Shown: positions 26,357-36,814, numbered from the stretch's first letter. The stretch is 64,000 nucleotides of DNA from Candidatus Krumholzibacteriia bacterium (GCA_050174015.1 JBFXKG010000003.1:179988-243987), one strand, 5' to 3'. Numbers and translations: made by a program. The notes: generated from the letters alone by a model not told the origin.

Positions 26357-26534
26357 GCCCCGGCTTCCTACTCGCCGCCCGCATGAAATGAAAATGGAAG
26401 CAAAAGCTCAATGGTGGTAGGGTGTTCGTGTTCGATCCTCTCCCGGGGGGGCCGAAATCCCAACATGGTCCCACCACGCCGGCTCCAGGCCGGTCGCTTC
26501 CCGTGGGAGGGACACCTCGATCGAGGAGATACCC

Positions 26535-27101
26535 ATGAAAATGAAGCTGTTTTCCGTCATCCTGGTGATGGTCTGGGCTCCGGTGTGCTTGTCCCAGTCC
26601 GTCGCGCCGGGAACCCTGGAACTGGGCGGGTCCCTGGGGTTCGTATCCATGAGCGACGACCTCTACGAGATCAACGGGGATTCCTTCACGAGCATCAGCA
26701 TCCAGCCTCGCGCGTCCTACTTCGTCTCCCAGGGTCTGGGCCTGGGTCTGGTATTCGACTACCTGAAGATGGGCTACGATTCCGGCAGCGACGTCACGGT
26801 TTTCGGCATCGGGCCGGCGTTGACCTATTACTTCTGGCCCGAAGGACAGCGGACGGCCCCCTTCATCGGAGCGTCCTACGTCTACCAGAAGACGACGTCG
26901 GAGGGGGACCAGACCATGACCACGGTCGAGTTGACCGCGGGGGTCGCCATCGCCCTGGCCGAGCATTTCGCCCTGAAGATCGGGGCCTTCTACGCCATGG
27001 ACGAAACCGAATTCGAGGCCGATGAGTGGGGCCTCGGGAATATCGACATTTCAGGCAAGAGGATCGGGGTCAACGTCGGGTTCGCCGGTTTCCTCTTCTG
27101 A
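26535..27101 (+). CDS. Outer-membrane beta-barrel protein (OmpA-like 8-stranded family)
   Basis: Signal peptide; LELGGSLGF, YFVSQGLGLG, GIGPALTYYF, PFIGASY; terminal F. Confidence 0.78.
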   Translation: MKMKLFSVILVMVWAPVCLSQSVAPGTLELGGSLGFVSMSDDLYEINGDSFTSISIQPRASYFVSQGLGLGLVFDYLKMGYDSGSDVTVFGIGPALTYYFWPEGQRTAPFIGASYVYQKTTSEGDQTMTTVELTAGVAIALAEHFALKIGAFYAMDETEFEADEWGLGNIDISGKRIGVNVGFAGFLF

Positions 27102-27226
27102 CCGTCCCTTTCTCCTCGACAGGTCCCCTGCCCCGGGGAGGGGATCTGTCCTTGGGATATTTCATTGGAATCAAACCACCCGTCGGGAGTATAACGGACC
27201 CCTCAACCCGTTCCCCGGAGGATCCC

Positions 27227-27760
27227 ATGCCCGGTTCACGCACTTTGTTCCCGAGGGAGGGCCTGCCGGCCGCCCTGGCGATGGCCGTCCTGATCGCGGC
27301 GGTCCTGGCCACTGCGTATGTCGCGGCCGAGACTGCTCCCGTGCCTTCCGCCCAGCAATCTTCCATCCCCGCCGATCAGTTCGACCTGGACGCGTATTCC
27401 GGGAAGGTGGTCCTGATGGACTTCTGGGCCTCGTGGTGCAAGCCCTGCCGCAAATCCATGCCCTGGCTGCGCAGCATGCAGGAGACCTTCGGCGGCCAGG
27501 GGCTCGTCGTGGTGGCCGTGAACCTGGACAAGGAGCCCGGCAAGGCGACGGCGATGATGAACCAGCTCGGCGCCGACGTGGTCCAGGTGACCGATCCGGA
27601 AGGGATCCTGGCCGAGGCCTACAAGCTGGAGGCGATTCCCAGCACCTTCATCTTCGACCGTCAGGGGAAGCTGGTGTCCAGTCACAAGGGATTCGACCCG
27701 GGCGAAGCCGAAACCCGGGCGACCGAACTCAGGGACCTGGTGGCGGGGGAGGCGAAATGA
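27227..27760 (+). CDS. TlpA-family thiol:disulfide oxidoreductase
   Basis: N-terminal anchor; GKVVLMDFWASWCKPCRKSMP; cis-Pro IPSTFIFDRQG. Confidence 0.9.
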   Translation: MPGSRTLFPREGLPAALAMAVLIAAVLATAYVAAETAPVPSAQQSSIPADQFDLDAYSGKVVLMDFWASWCKPCRKSMPWLRSMQETFGGQGLVVVAVNLDKEPGKATAMMNQLGADVVQVTDPEGILAEAYKLEAIPSTFIFDRQGKLVSSHKGFDPGEAETRATELRDLVAGEAK

Positions 27761-27996
27761 TGAAGACAGGAACGGTGAAGGCGATCCTTGTCCTCTGTCT
27801 GGTCCTGGTCGCCCTCGCCGCGGCCGGGTGCTCCAGCCTGGGCGTCCAGCCCTGGGAGCGCGACCTGCTGTCCGCGCCCGGCATGCAGCTGCAACCGGAT
27901 CCGATCGTGACGGCCCTGGACGATCACATCTACTTCAGCAAGGAAGCCTCCACCGGCGGCCTGGGCGGAGCGGGGGGTGGCTGTGGCTGCAACTGA
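27757..27996 (+). CDS. DUF4266 lipoprotein
   Basis: Lipobox AAGC; VQPWERDLL; HIYFSKEA; C-terminal GGGCGCN; ATGA overlap with the tlpA-like gene. Confidence 0.88.
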   Translation: MMKTGTVKAILVLCLVLVALAAAGCSSLGVQPWERDLLSAPGMQLQPDPIVTALDDHIYFSKEASTGGLGGAGGGCGCN

Positions 27997-29251
27997 GCGC
28001 AAACAGCAGGTCGTGCAGGGTTCGGTGAAGGCGGCGCTGGCCTCGGCTTGCGGGCTGCTGGGAATCGCCGGCCAGCCCGCCGAGGCGACGGAGGTCCGCA
28101 CCGCGATCCTGGGCTACTCGGAGCAGGACCGGGTCCAGGCCTTCGAGGCCGTCATCGACGCCACCCACGAGTTCGGCGGCGGGAAGATCGGCAACCTCCA
28201 CGTGGTGTACGATGCCCTGAGCGGCGCCTCCCCCAGCGGCGCCGTGCCCTCGCAGGCCCTGCAGTCGTTCACCAGGCCCTCGGGGAACGGGGTCTACACC
28301 ACGGCGCCGGGGGAAACGCCCCTGGACGACACCTTCCGGGACACCCGGATGGCCGTCAGCGGCAGCCTGACCCTCCCGCTCGATCGCGTGACCGGTCTGA
28401 CCGCCGGTCTCTATGGCTCGGGCGAGCACGACTACTCGTCCCTGGGCGCGAACCTGGCCCTGACCCGCGACTTCAACAGGCGCAACACCACGGTGTCGCT
28501 GCGTGCGGGCTACTTCGACGACACGATCAACCCCGAGGGCGGACGTCCCGCGCCGTTCGGGGTCATGCTGGATCAGGCCCTGTCTCCGCGCCTGGACGGC
28601 GACGGCAGCAAGCAGACCCTCGATTTGAGCCTGGGCCTGACCCAGGTGATCGACCGCCGCACCCTGGTGGGCCTGAACTACGTCTTCAGCGAGGTGGACG
28701 GCTACCAGACCGACCCCTACAAGCTGGTGTCGGTGGTGGACCCGGTCTCCGGCGAACCCCTGGACCATCTCTACGAGAGCCGTCCGGACGCCCGCGTCAA
28801 GCACGCCCTGCTGGCCAAGCTGGTGCGGCAGGTCGGCGCCCATAATCTGCACCTGTCCTATCGCTTCTTCACCGACGACTGGGGAGTGCGGTCCCAGACC
28901 GTGGACCTGCGATTCCGCTGGAACGCCGGCCCCGCACTCTACGTCCAGCCGCGGCTGAGGTACTACCATCAGGGCGAGGCGGACTTCTACCGGCGGTTCC
29001 TCGTGGATGGGGCGGCCATGCCCGAACACGCTTCGGCCGACTACCGCCTCGGCGCCCTGGACGACTACACCCCCGGGATCGAGGTGGGCATCACGCGGGA
29101 CAACGGCCATCTCATCACCCTGAGGGCCGAGTACTTCCTGCAGACGGGGGAAAGCCATCCTGAAGGCGCCATCGGGCAACTGGCGGACCAGGACCTGTTC
29201 CCCACGGTCAAGGCCGTGATCGTGCAGGTGGGTTACGCCGTCGGGCTCTGA
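27977..29251 (+). CDS. DUF3570 outer-membrane protein (flavinylation substrate family)
   Basis: Typical VAAT start overlapping DUF4266; YSE.DRV; DALSGAS; FRDTR; EHDYSS; GYQTDPYK; ESRPDAR; YRFFTDDWG; SADYRL. Confidence 0.88.
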   Translation: MAVAATERKQQVVQGSVKAALASACGLLGIAGQPAEATEVRTAILGYSEQDRVQAFEAVIDATHEFGGGKIGNLHVVYDALSGASPSGAVPSQALQSFTRPSGNGVYTTAPGETPLDDTFRDTRMAVSGSLTLPLDRVTGLTAGLYGSGEHDYSSLGANLALTRDFNRRNTTVSLRAGYFDDTINPEGGRPAPFGVMLDQALSPRLDGDGSKQTLDLSLGLTQVIDRRTLVGLNYVFSEVDGYQTDPYKLVSVVDPVSGEPLDHLYESRPDARVKHALLAKLVRQVGAHNLHLSYRFFTDDWGVRSQTVDLRFRWNAGPALYVQPRLRYYHQGEADFYRRFLVDGAAMPEHASADYRLGALDDYTPGIEVGITRDNGHLITLRAEYFLQTGESHPEGAIGQLADQDLFPTVKAVIVQVGYAVGL

Positions 29252-29264
29252 GGGGGCGCATCGC

Positions 29265-30152
29265 GTGGCCGACGCAATCGAACGCAGGGGCGGGGTCTGG
29301 CTCGGATCCTTCGAGGCCATGGCCGGCCCCTGCGAGGTGTTGCTGGACCTGGAAGGGGAGGCCGAAGCCCGCGCCCTCGTCGCTCTGGCCGCCGAAGAAG
29401 CCCGCCGCATCGAACGGAAGTTCAGCCGCTACCGCACCGACAACGTCATCCAGGAGATCAACACCAGCGCCGGCAGGCCTGTCGCCGTGGACGCGGAGAC
29501 CGCGGGCCTGCTCGACTTCTCAGCCCGTTGCCATCAGGTCAGCGGAGGGCGGTTCGACGTGACCAGCGGCGTTCTGCGCCGGGTGTGGCGGTTCGACGGC
29601 AGCGACCGCGTCCCCACGCGCCGGCAGGCCAAGGAGCTGCTGCCGCTCGTCGGCTGGGACAAGGTCCGCTGGGAAAATCCGCACCTGACCCTGCCCGCCG
29701 GGATGGAGATCGATCTGGGCGGCGTCGGCAAGGAGTACGCGGTCGACCGGGTGTGCGCCCTGCTCTCCGCACGCACCGGCGCGGCCATCCTGGTCAACTT
29801 CGGCGGAGACCTGCGGGCCCAGGGCCCGCGCCGCGACGGCCTGGCCTGGGAGGTGGGTGTGGACACGCCCGATCGGCCGGGAGTCGCGGCCCGGCGGATC
29901 AGTCTGCGAACCGGCGCCCTGGCCACCAGCGGCGACAGCCACCGGTTCCTTCTGCGGGACGGCGTCCGCTATCCCCACATCCTCGACCCCCGGACCGGCT
30001 GGCCGGTCATGCGCGCGCCGCGGGCCGTCACGGTCCTGGGCGACACCTGCCTGGAGGCGGGACTGCTGTCCTCCCTGGCCATGCTGCACGGCCGGGGGGC
30101 CGAAACCTTCCTCGAAAACCAGGGCGTGAAGTTCTGGGTGGCGCGGGGCTGA
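29265..30152 (+). CDS. apbE: FAD:protein FMN transferase (ApbE family)
   Basis: RIERKFSRY, SGGRFDVT, IDLGGVGKEYAVD, VNFGGD, ALATSGD, HILDPRTGWP. Confidence 0.92.
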   Translation: MADAIERRGGVWLGSFEAMAGPCEVLLDLEGEAEARALVALAAEEARRIERKFSRYRTDNVIQEINTSAGRPVAVDAETAGLLDFSARCHQVSGGRFDVTSGVLRRVWRFDGSDRVPTRRQAKELLPLVGWDKVRWENPHLTLPAGMEIDLGGVGKEYAVDRVCALLSARTGAAILVNFGGDLRAQGPRRDGLAWEVGVDTPDRPGVAARRISLRTGALATSGDSHRFLLRDGVRYPHILDPRTGWPVMRAPRAVTVLGDTCLEAGLLSSLAMLHGRGAETFLENQGVKFWVARG

Positions 30153-31991
30153 TCAGCGCCCAGCCAGCCGGTCGGACTCGGCCGCCGCCTCGATCACGGC
30201 CTTGACGACCTTCTCGGCGTCGCGCTGGCGCAGCTGCTCGTAGCGGATCGCCCACACGTGCTCGGCGTAGGCGAGGTTGCGCATCTCCACCAGCAGGGCG
30301 TAACGGGCGGGGTTTTCACGCAGCACGCCGAGGTTGCGGCCCCGCGTGCGGGCCCCCGCGCCCATGGCCGGCAGCATGCGGCGGGCGAAGTCCCGGCCGA
30401 CCGTGTCGGCGCCGCGGCGGTTCTGGAAGAAGAACAGGGTGAAGACGTCGCCCGAATCGGGGTCGTTGTCGGCGTGGAAGCTCAGGAAGACCGTGCGTCC
30501 GGACGTCGCCCCGTCGAGGGCGCGGCGGGCGATGGCCTTGCGCTGGTCGAGGTACTTCTGGCCGCCCATGGGGTGGATGGCCTCGTCGTAGCCGCGATTC
30601 CAGGCCTGGTCGTTGAAGACCTCGTTGCGCTCGTGGACGAAGGTCTGCGTGTGGGGGGTGTTGCCGCGCAGCAGGTGGTTCGGGCTGAGCAGGGTCATCT
30701 CGACGTCGGCGCCGTGGAGCTTCAGCAGCGCGTAGACCCGCAGGGCCAGGTCGTAGACGTACTCGTCCTCCACCACGTAGTAGGTCTGGCCCTCGGCGTC
30801 CTTGCCGCTGACGATGGTCCCCGGATCGATGCCGCCATGCCCGGGATCGAGCACGAAGGTCCAGCCGGCCAGCTGGCGTCCGAGGCCGGGTTGCAGCTCG
30901 ATGGTCCGGTCGAACCTTTCCAGCAACTGGCGCCCGCGCTTGTAGCAGACCTGAGGACTGATGCCGGCCTTCTCGAAGTAGCTCTTGCCGGCCTGCTCGT
31001 CGGCCTCCGGTCCGGAGAAGTAATAGGGACCGTTGCCCGGCGTGAGCTTGGCGACCCCGGGGACGATCACCTCGAGGGCGTTCCAGTCCAGGTCCCCGCC
31101 GGGGAGGGGAATGCCGGCGACGTCCGCCGAACCGGCCCCGGATCCCAGCAGGGGCCGCACGGTCAGCTTCTGGCCGGGACGGATCAGGGACCCTGAGATC
31201 CTGTTCAGCTCGCGCAGTTCGCGCAGGCTCATCTGGTGCAGGCGGGCGATCTCGTTGAGGTTGTCCCCCGGCTGGACCAGGTAGGTCGCCGTGCGGGGCG
31301 CCGAATCGCCGTTCAGCCGCAGCTCCTGGCCGGGATAGATCTGGTCGCCCGTCAGACCGTTGATGGCCTTCAGGTGGTCGAGGGACAGCCCGTAGGCCTC
31401 CGCGATCTCCCAGAGGGCGTCGCCCCGCTCGACGATGTGGACCGAGGGGGCCGCCTCGCGCAGCCGCAGCTTCTGGCCGGGGAAGATGCGGTCCCCGTCC
31501 AGGTCGTTGATGCGGCGCAGGTGGGCGATGGAGACTCCGTGCCGGTCGGCGATGCCGGACAGGTTGTCCCCCCGCTTGACGACGTGGACGGCCTCGTCCA
31601 CCGGGGCGGGCAGCAGCCGCAGCTTCTGGCCGGGATAAAGGGTCGAGCCGGTCAGCTCGTTGAGGGAGCGCAGGAACTCGACCGTGGTTTCGAACCGGTC
31701 GGCGATGGTCGAGAGATTGTCCCCCGGCTGGACGACGTACCACTCCAGGCCCTTGACGGGGATGCGCAGCCTCTGGCCGATGGCCAGGCCGTCGCTGCGC
31801 AGGTCGTTCCAGTCACGCAGTTCCTGGACGGTGACGTCGTACCGGTTGGCGATGAGGGTGAGGTTCTCGCCCCGCACGACCCGATGGGTCTGCCATTCCT
31901 GGGCGAGGGCGCCCGCGGCGGGCAGGAGGACGCCGCCCGGCGCGAGCAGGCCGAGCACGAGGATCCAGGAAAGGAAGCGGCGGCACAACAA
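30153..31991 (-). CDS. Five-LysM N-acetylmuramoyl-L-alanine amidase (Amidase_3)
   Basis: Signal peptide; five LysM repeats (HxVxxGDNL..IA....N.L....I.PGQ.L); VLDPGHGG.DPG, EDE, SFHAD, LVEM. TTG start approximate. Confidence 0.88.
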   Translation of the reverse strand: MLCRRFLSWILVLGLLAPGGVLLPAAGALAQEWQTHRVVRGENLTLIANRYDVTVQELRDWNDLRSDGLAIGQRLRIPVKGLEWYVVQPGDNLSTIADRFETTVEFLRSLNELTGSTLYPGQKLRLLPAPVDEAVHVVKRGDNLSGIADRHGVSIAHLRRINDLDGDRIFPGQKLRLREAAPSVHIVERGDALWEIAEAYGLSLDHLKAINGLTGDQIYPGQELRLNGDSAPRTATYLVQPGDNLNEIARLHQMSLRELRELNRISGSLIRPGQKLTVRPLLGSGAGSADVAGIPLPGGDLDWNALEVIVPGVAKLTPGNGPYYFSGPEADEQAGKSYFEKAGISPQVCYKRGRQLLERFDRTIELQPGLGRQLAGWTFVLDPGHGGIDPGTIVSGKDAEGQTYYVVEDEYVYDLALRVYALLKLHGADVEMTLLSPNHLLRGNTPHTQTFVHERNEVFNDQAWNRGYDEAIHPMGGQKYLDQRKAIARRALDGATSGRTVFLSFHADNDPDSGDVFTLFFFQNRRGADTVGRDFARRMLPAMGAGARTRGRNLGVLRENPARYALLVEMRNLAYAEHVWAIRYEQLRQRDAEKVVKAVIEAAAESDRLAGR

Positions 31992-32134
31992 CGGAGGCGT
32001 CTCCAGTCGCCCTGGGCCCGGGGAAGCCCGGAAAGGGAGCAGATCCTTCTGCAGGCGGGTCGCGGACCGACCTGCCCGCTCATCAGTCTAGGGGATGCGC
32101 GGGGAAATGCAAGGGCCCATTCCGGCCGCCGGGA

Positions 32135-32779
32135 TCACCCGGCGTGCGGGGGTTTCAGGCGCGTGGCGGGATGATCGCTGAAGATCGAGGGCAATCCCAG
32201 CCGCTGCCGGATGAACCGGTCCCGCAATTCCAGGGTGGCGGGGGACAGGCAAGCCTCGAACAACCGCAACCCCGGGCCCGCGATGATGTACGGCCAGCTG
32301 GAGAGGATGAGATCGTTCTCGTAGCAGAACGCCACCGCCTGGAATTCGGATTCGGGGGTGCGCCGCTCGCCGGTCAGGATGCAGGTTTCGACCCAGGCCT
32401 TCCAGGTCCGGCCCGAGGAGATCAGGTCGTCGAAGCGGCGGCGGAAGTCCACCCTTTCCCGGAAGAGGGCGTTGATGCAGGCGCGGCTCTCCTCGGAGTA
32501 CTGGGCCTCCAGCTCCTGGTGGCATGAGGCGCAGACGGCGTACTCGACGATCGTTTCGGATCCCCGGATCTCCTTCACGATCAGGTACGGGGGGAGCGCC
32601 TCCAGGGGTTCGGCGCAACCGATGCAGGTCTTGAACGGGCCGTCGAACGATTTCTGGAAGAGACGGGGGATGGGCACCCGCCGGGCGTGCTCCATGGAGT
32701 ACTCGAGGTCGGCGGCCATCCTGGCGTCGGCTTCTTCGGTGCCGGGCGGGGGGCCCTGGTCGTCGGGGCGGTCGATCAT
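32135..32779 (-). CDS. Hypothetical protein with two CxxC motifs
   Basis: Good codon bias; CIGC and CASC plus additional Cys. Confidence 0.65.
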   Translation of the reverse strand: MIDRPDDQGPPPGTEEADARMAADLEYSMEHARRVPIPRLFQKSFDGPFKTCIGCAEPLEALPPYLIVKEIRGSETIVEYAVCASCHQELEAQYSEESRACINALFRERVDFRRRFDDLISSGRTWKAWVETCILTGERRTPESEFQAVAFCYENDLILSSWPYIIAGPGLRLFEACLSPATLELRDRFIRQRLGLPSIFSDHPATRLKPPHAG

Positions 32780-32915
32780 GATCCACCTGGGTTGCAGGGA
32801 CCTGGACGGGCGCGTTCCGGGGGTGAGGCCGGATCGGCGGCAGCATACCAGAAACCGGCCCCCGGCGCGAGGGAGGAACGGCCGGGAGGAAAGGCCGGGA
32901 TCATCCGTCCCCGAA

Positions 32916-33428
32916 TTACCAATCTCCCGCGTAGAACGTCCGATGGGGCTTGGCTTCCGCCCCCGTCAACGCAAAGATCACCCCGGAGAGCTGCCGCAGG
33001 TGCAGCAGGTCGTGGCAGGCCCAGGACGCCAGCAGGTCGCCGGCGGTCATCCGGCCCAGCTTGGGATGCTCGTAGGCCAGGGACCAGTCCCGGTTCCCGA
33101 GATTCGCCAGCCAGTCCAGCGAGGCCCGCCGTTCCGCCCGGAAATCGGCCAGGGCGGTCGCGAAATCGGCCTCGGCGTACATGCGGGCCGAGACCCACCC
33201 GCCGGGATCGATCCCCGGCCACGGTTCGCCCGGCCGGTCGAGGGTGAATCCGATGCGCAGGCGGAAGTCCTCGCGCTCCTCGTCTCTCAGGTGACAGACG
33301 ATCTCCAGGACGGACCAGCGGTCCGGGTCCGGGCGGCGTCCTGCCAGAGGGGCCGGGATGCCGGCCACCAGGGCGGCGATGGCGGCTCCTCCGGCGGCGA
33401 GGCGGTCGTGGAAGTAGGTTGCGTTCAT
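32916..33428 (-). CDS. DinB/YfiT family protein
   Basis: SD GGAGG; WSVLEIVCHLRDEE...HDLLHLRQ metal-binding His triad. Confidence 0.85.
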   Translation of the reverse strand: MNATYFHDRLAAGGAAIAALVAGIPAPLAGRRPDPDRWSVLEIVCHLRDEEREDFRLRIGFTLDRPGEPWPGIDPGGWVSARMYAEADFATALADFRAERRASLDWLANLGNRDWSLAYEHPKLGRMTAGDLLASWACHDLLHLRQLSGVIFALTGAEAKPHRTFYAGDW

Positions 33429-33529
33429 GGGACCTCCGGCGGCGGCAGGGGCCTGGATGGGGGTGGCGGGTTGCCAGCACCGGCTGGCGGGGGCATAATA
33501 TCCCATCACTCCAACCCGAGGAACCCTCG

Positions 33530-34333
33530 ATGAAGAACCTGAACCTCGAGCGCGCCCTGGTGGGCTTCGACCTGGAGACCACGGGCATCGACTTCGACAA
33601 GGACCGCATCGTCCAGATCGCCCTGGTGCGCGTCGAACCCGACGGCCGGCGGTCCACCTTCGAGACCCTGGTCAACCCGGAACGGCCCATCCCCCCGCAG
33701 GCCACGGCCGTCCACGGCATCCGGGACGAGGACGTGGCCGGGGCGCCCACCTTCGCCCAGGTCCGGGCCGAGGTCGAGGAGATGCTGAAGGATGCGGACC
33801 TGGCCGGGTTCAATTCCATCCGGTTCGACCTGCCCCTGCTGCAGGCGGAGGTCAGGCGGACGGGGGGCATGCTCGACCTGCGCGGAGTGCGCCACCTGGA
33901 CGCCATGCGCATCTTCCACGCCAGGGAGCCTCGGGACCTGACGGCCGCCTATCGGTTCTACTGCGACCGCGACCTGACCGGCGCCCACGACGCCCTGGCC
34001 GACGTGACGGCGACGCTGGAGGTCCTCGACGCCCAGGTCGCGCGATATGCCGACCTGCCCCGCGACGCGGCCGGCCTGCACGCCTTCTGCAATCCGGACG
34101 AGGGGAAGTTCCTGGACGTCCACCGCAAGCTGGCCTGGAACGACCAGGGAGAGGCGGTGCTGACCTTCGGCAAGTTCCAGGGCCGCACGCTCCAGCAGAT
34201 CTGCGCCCTGCCCGACGGTCGCAGCTATCTTGATTGGGTCCTGGGCAAGGACTTCGGCGAGGATCTCAAGGCCATCCTGCGGGAAGCCCTGGGCGGGGTG
34301 TTCCCAAGGCGCGAAGGATCGGGCGATGAGTGA
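33530..34333 (+). CDS. DEDDh 3'-5' exonuclease (DnaQ/ExoX-like)
   Basis: FDLETTG, VHGI, GFNSIRFD, AHDALADV, C-terminal FGKFQG domain. Confidence 0.9.
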   Translation: MKNLNLERALVGFDLETTGIDFDKDRIVQIALVRVEPDGRRSTFETLVNPERPIPPQATAVHGIRDEDVAGAPTFAQVRAEVEEMLKDADLAGFNSIRFDLPLLQAEVRRTGGMLDLRGVRHLDAMRIFHAREPRDLTAAYRFYCDRDLTGAHDALADVTATLEVLDAQVARYADLPRDAAGLHAFCNPDEGKFLDVHRKLAWNDQGEAVLTFGKFQGRTLQQICALPDGRSYLDWVLGKDFGEDLKAILREALGGVFPRREGSGDE

Positions 34334-35081
34334 GGAATCCAGGCCGCAGGACGGCCCCGCAGGGGGCTTCCAGCCGCAGTTCCCGCCGCTGGACGAGAAG
34401 GGGGTGCCCCAGTTCGAGGACACGCCCCTGACCAGGGGCGAGTACATCACCGCTCTGGCCCACTTCTATCGGGCCGAGATGCACCGGGCCCTGGTCTGGC
34501 GCACGCGCCTCGATACCACGACCAACTGGGCCATCCTCGCCACGCTGGCCATCCTCACCGCCAGCCTGAACAACCCCGGGTACGCCACCGAATCCCTGCT
34601 GCTGGGCATGTTCGCCAACGTGGTCTTCCTGGCCATCGAGGCCCGGCGCTTCCGCTTCTTCGACGTCTGGCGCGCCCGGGTCCGCATGCTCGAGGAGAAC
34701 TTCTACGGAGGCATCCTGCGACGGGACCAGGCCAGCCCCCTTCAACGATGGGGCCGTCAGGTCGCCGACGACCTGCTGTGCCCGCGCTTCCACATGACCC
34801 GTTTGCAGGCCTTCCGCGCCCGGTTGATGCGCAACTTCCGGTTCATCTTCCTGTTCCTGCTGGTGGCCTGGGTGGCCCACCGGCTGGTGCCCTTGGCCGA
34901 GGACAGGGTCCTGACGGGCCTGTCCGGGATCCCGGGCTGGATGCCGGACGCCATCGTCGCAGCGCTCTACCTGTTCCTGCTGGGAGTGGTGGTGTTCACG
35001 CCGAAGGTGGAGGCTCCCGAGCTGGCCTACTGGTCGCATCCGGAGCATCCGGGGGAGGACATCCCGAGCATCGACGTCTAG
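34326..35081 (+). CDS. DUF2270 family membrane protein
   Basis: AHFYRAEMHR...WRTRLDTTTNWA, IEARRFRFFDVWRARVR..E. Confidence 0.88.
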   Translation: MSEESRPQDGPAGGFQPQFPPLDEKGVPQFEDTPLTRGEYITALAHFYRAEMHRALVWRTRLDTTTNWAILATLAILTASLNNPGYATESLLLGMFANVVFLAIEARRFRFFDVWRARVRMLEENFYGGILRRDQASPLQRWGRQVADDLLCPRFHMTRLQAFRARLMRNFRFIFLFLLVAWVAHRLVPLAEDRVLTGLSGIPGWMPDAIVAALYLFLLGVVVFTPKVEAPELAYWSHPEHPGEDIPSIDV

Positions 35082-35175
35082 GGATGGACGTTTTGGCTTG
35101 TCCCCCGGGCCCCCGACCCGGATAATGCGGCCATAGCGAGTCCCCATCCCGACCCTACCAAGGAACGACGACCCG

Positions 35176-36051
35176 ATGGACAGCACTCCGGACAAGAACT
35201 GGCGGACCGTCCGCTTCGACGTGCTCGAACGGATCGACCGCATGCCCAGCCTCAGCGCGGTCATCCACGAGTTCCTCGAGCTGTCCATGAGGGACATGTT
35301 CTCCGCCGGCGACTTCGAGAAGGTGATCGCCAAGGACCAGGCCCTGGTCGCCCGCCTGCTCAAGGTCGCCAACAGCGGCCTGTACGGCCGGTCCCGCTCC
35401 ATCGCCTCCATCGCCGAGGCGGTGGTGCTGGTCGGGCTGGAGAACCTCAAGCGCATCGTCTTCGCCGTCACCACCGAGGGCCTGACGCGGCGGAAGCTGG
35501 TCCACTACGACTACCACGACCAGGGCGGATTCTGGCTGCACGCGATGGGGGTGGCCCTGGCCGCCCGGACCCTGGCCGAGGCGGTTCCCCGGGGGAAGTT
35601 CCGCCCCGAGGAGGCCTTCGTCGCGGGCCTGCTGCACGACGTGGGCAAGCTCGTCATCGACGAGTTCCTCGAGGCCGAACCAGGGGTCATGGTGACGAAA
35701 CAGCAGGAGGTCGCGGCCATCGGCCTCGACCACGCGGAGCTGGCGGAGTACATCCTCAACCAGTGGAACCTGCCCGAACCCGTCACCCGGGCGGTCCGGC
35801 ACCACCACAGCGGCCAGGACGATCCCGCCAACTTCGAGGGGGGCCTGATCCTGGGCCTGGCCGAGAAGGTCTGTGACGTCTGGGGATTCGGTCGCCGCCT
35901 GGCCGTCGATCTGAGTGCCGACGTTCCACTGGAACCATTCGCCGACGTCCTGGCGCGCCTGGGAATCGGCGCCGGCCGCTGGGACCAGCTGGTCTGGGAC
36001 ATCCGCCAGCATCTGTCCGGATGCGAGGAACTCTACCGTCTGGACGCCTGA
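35176..36051 (+). CDS. HDOD domain signalling protein
   Basis: MPSL; DQALVARLLKVANS; EAVVLVG; FWLH; AGLLHDVGK; DHAE; W.LP; HH. Confidence 0.9.
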   Translation: MDSTPDKNWRTVRFDVLERIDRMPSLSAVIHEFLELSMRDMFSAGDFEKVIAKDQALVARLLKVANSGLYGRSRSIASIAEAVVLVGLENLKRIVFAVTTEGLTRRKLVHYDYHDQGGFWLHAMGVALAARTLAEAVPRGKFRPEEAFVAGLLHDVGKLVIDEFLEAEPGVMVTKQQEVAAIGLDHAELAEYILNQWNLPEPVTRAVRHHHSGQDDPANFEGGLILGLAEKVCDVWGFGRRLAVDLSADVPLEPFADVLARLGIGAGRWDQLVWDIRQHLSGCEELYRLDA

Positions 36052-36057
36052 TTCCGC

Positions 36058-36777
36058 TCAATCCCGCGGAAACTGATAAGCCAGCCCCGCCCGGACGCCC
36101 CACAGGACCCCGCCCGGCTCCTCCTCCTCGAGCACGAAGTCCGGCTTGACGCGGGCGTCGGCCCCGAGGTCCGCCGCCAGAGCGCGGCCCAGCGGGATGA
36201 TCAGTCCCACCCGGACCCCCAGAGCGAGGTTGCTCTCGCTCGTGCTCGTCTCCAGGCCCCCGAACCGGACGGTTCCGGTGATCTTCTGCACCCCGGGGCC
36301 GCCCTCGATGTAACCCGAAATCCCTTGCTCGCTGCGGCGATCAATCTGGGTTCCGACCAGGAAGAAGAACTCGGAGACCTTGGCGTCGGTCGTGGCCTGG
36401 TAGATCAGCTCGTCCTCCCCGTAGAAGGTGAAGGCCGGGGAGACCAGGTTCTGGTGGATGTACAGGATGTGGACGTAGGTCCGGTCGCCGGCAGCAAGTC
36501 GCACGCCGAGGTCGAAGGCCAGATCCTCGTCCAGTTCATTGTACCAGTCGCCGGCGGGGAAACCGTAGCCGGCGCCCGCGTGCACCATGGTCTGGAACGA
36601 GAGAGGCAGGCTCTCCCGGCGGTCGGGGTACTCGCCGGTGTTGATCTCCCCGACCTCCAGGTAGTCCTGGGCGCGGAGGGAGGAGGGCACGGTCACGAGG
36701 AAGGTGACCGCGAGGATCACGGCCATGAGGAACGAGGCGCCGCGGGACGGACGGCGGCCGGGGCCGATGCGGATCAT
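36058..36777 (-). CDS. Outer-membrane beta-barrel protein
   Basis: SD AAGGAG; signal ending LRA; amphipathic strands; GVRAGLAYQF near the C-terminus. Confidence 0.7.
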   Translation of the reverse strand: MIRIGPGRRPSRGASFLMAVILAVTFLVTVPSSLRAQDYLEVGEINTGEYPDRRESLPLSFQTMVHAGAGYGFPAGDWYNELDEDLAFDLGVRLAAGDRTYVHILYIHQNLVSPAFTFYGEDELIYQATTDAKVSEFFFLVGTQIDRRSEQGISGYIEGGPGVQKITGTVRFGGLETSTSESNLALGVRVGLIIPLGRALAADLGADARVKPDFVLEEEEPGGVLWGVRAGLAYQFPRD

Positions 36778-36814
36778 GCGCTGCTCCTTGGTTCGAGGCG
36801 GGGCCGTGATGATA

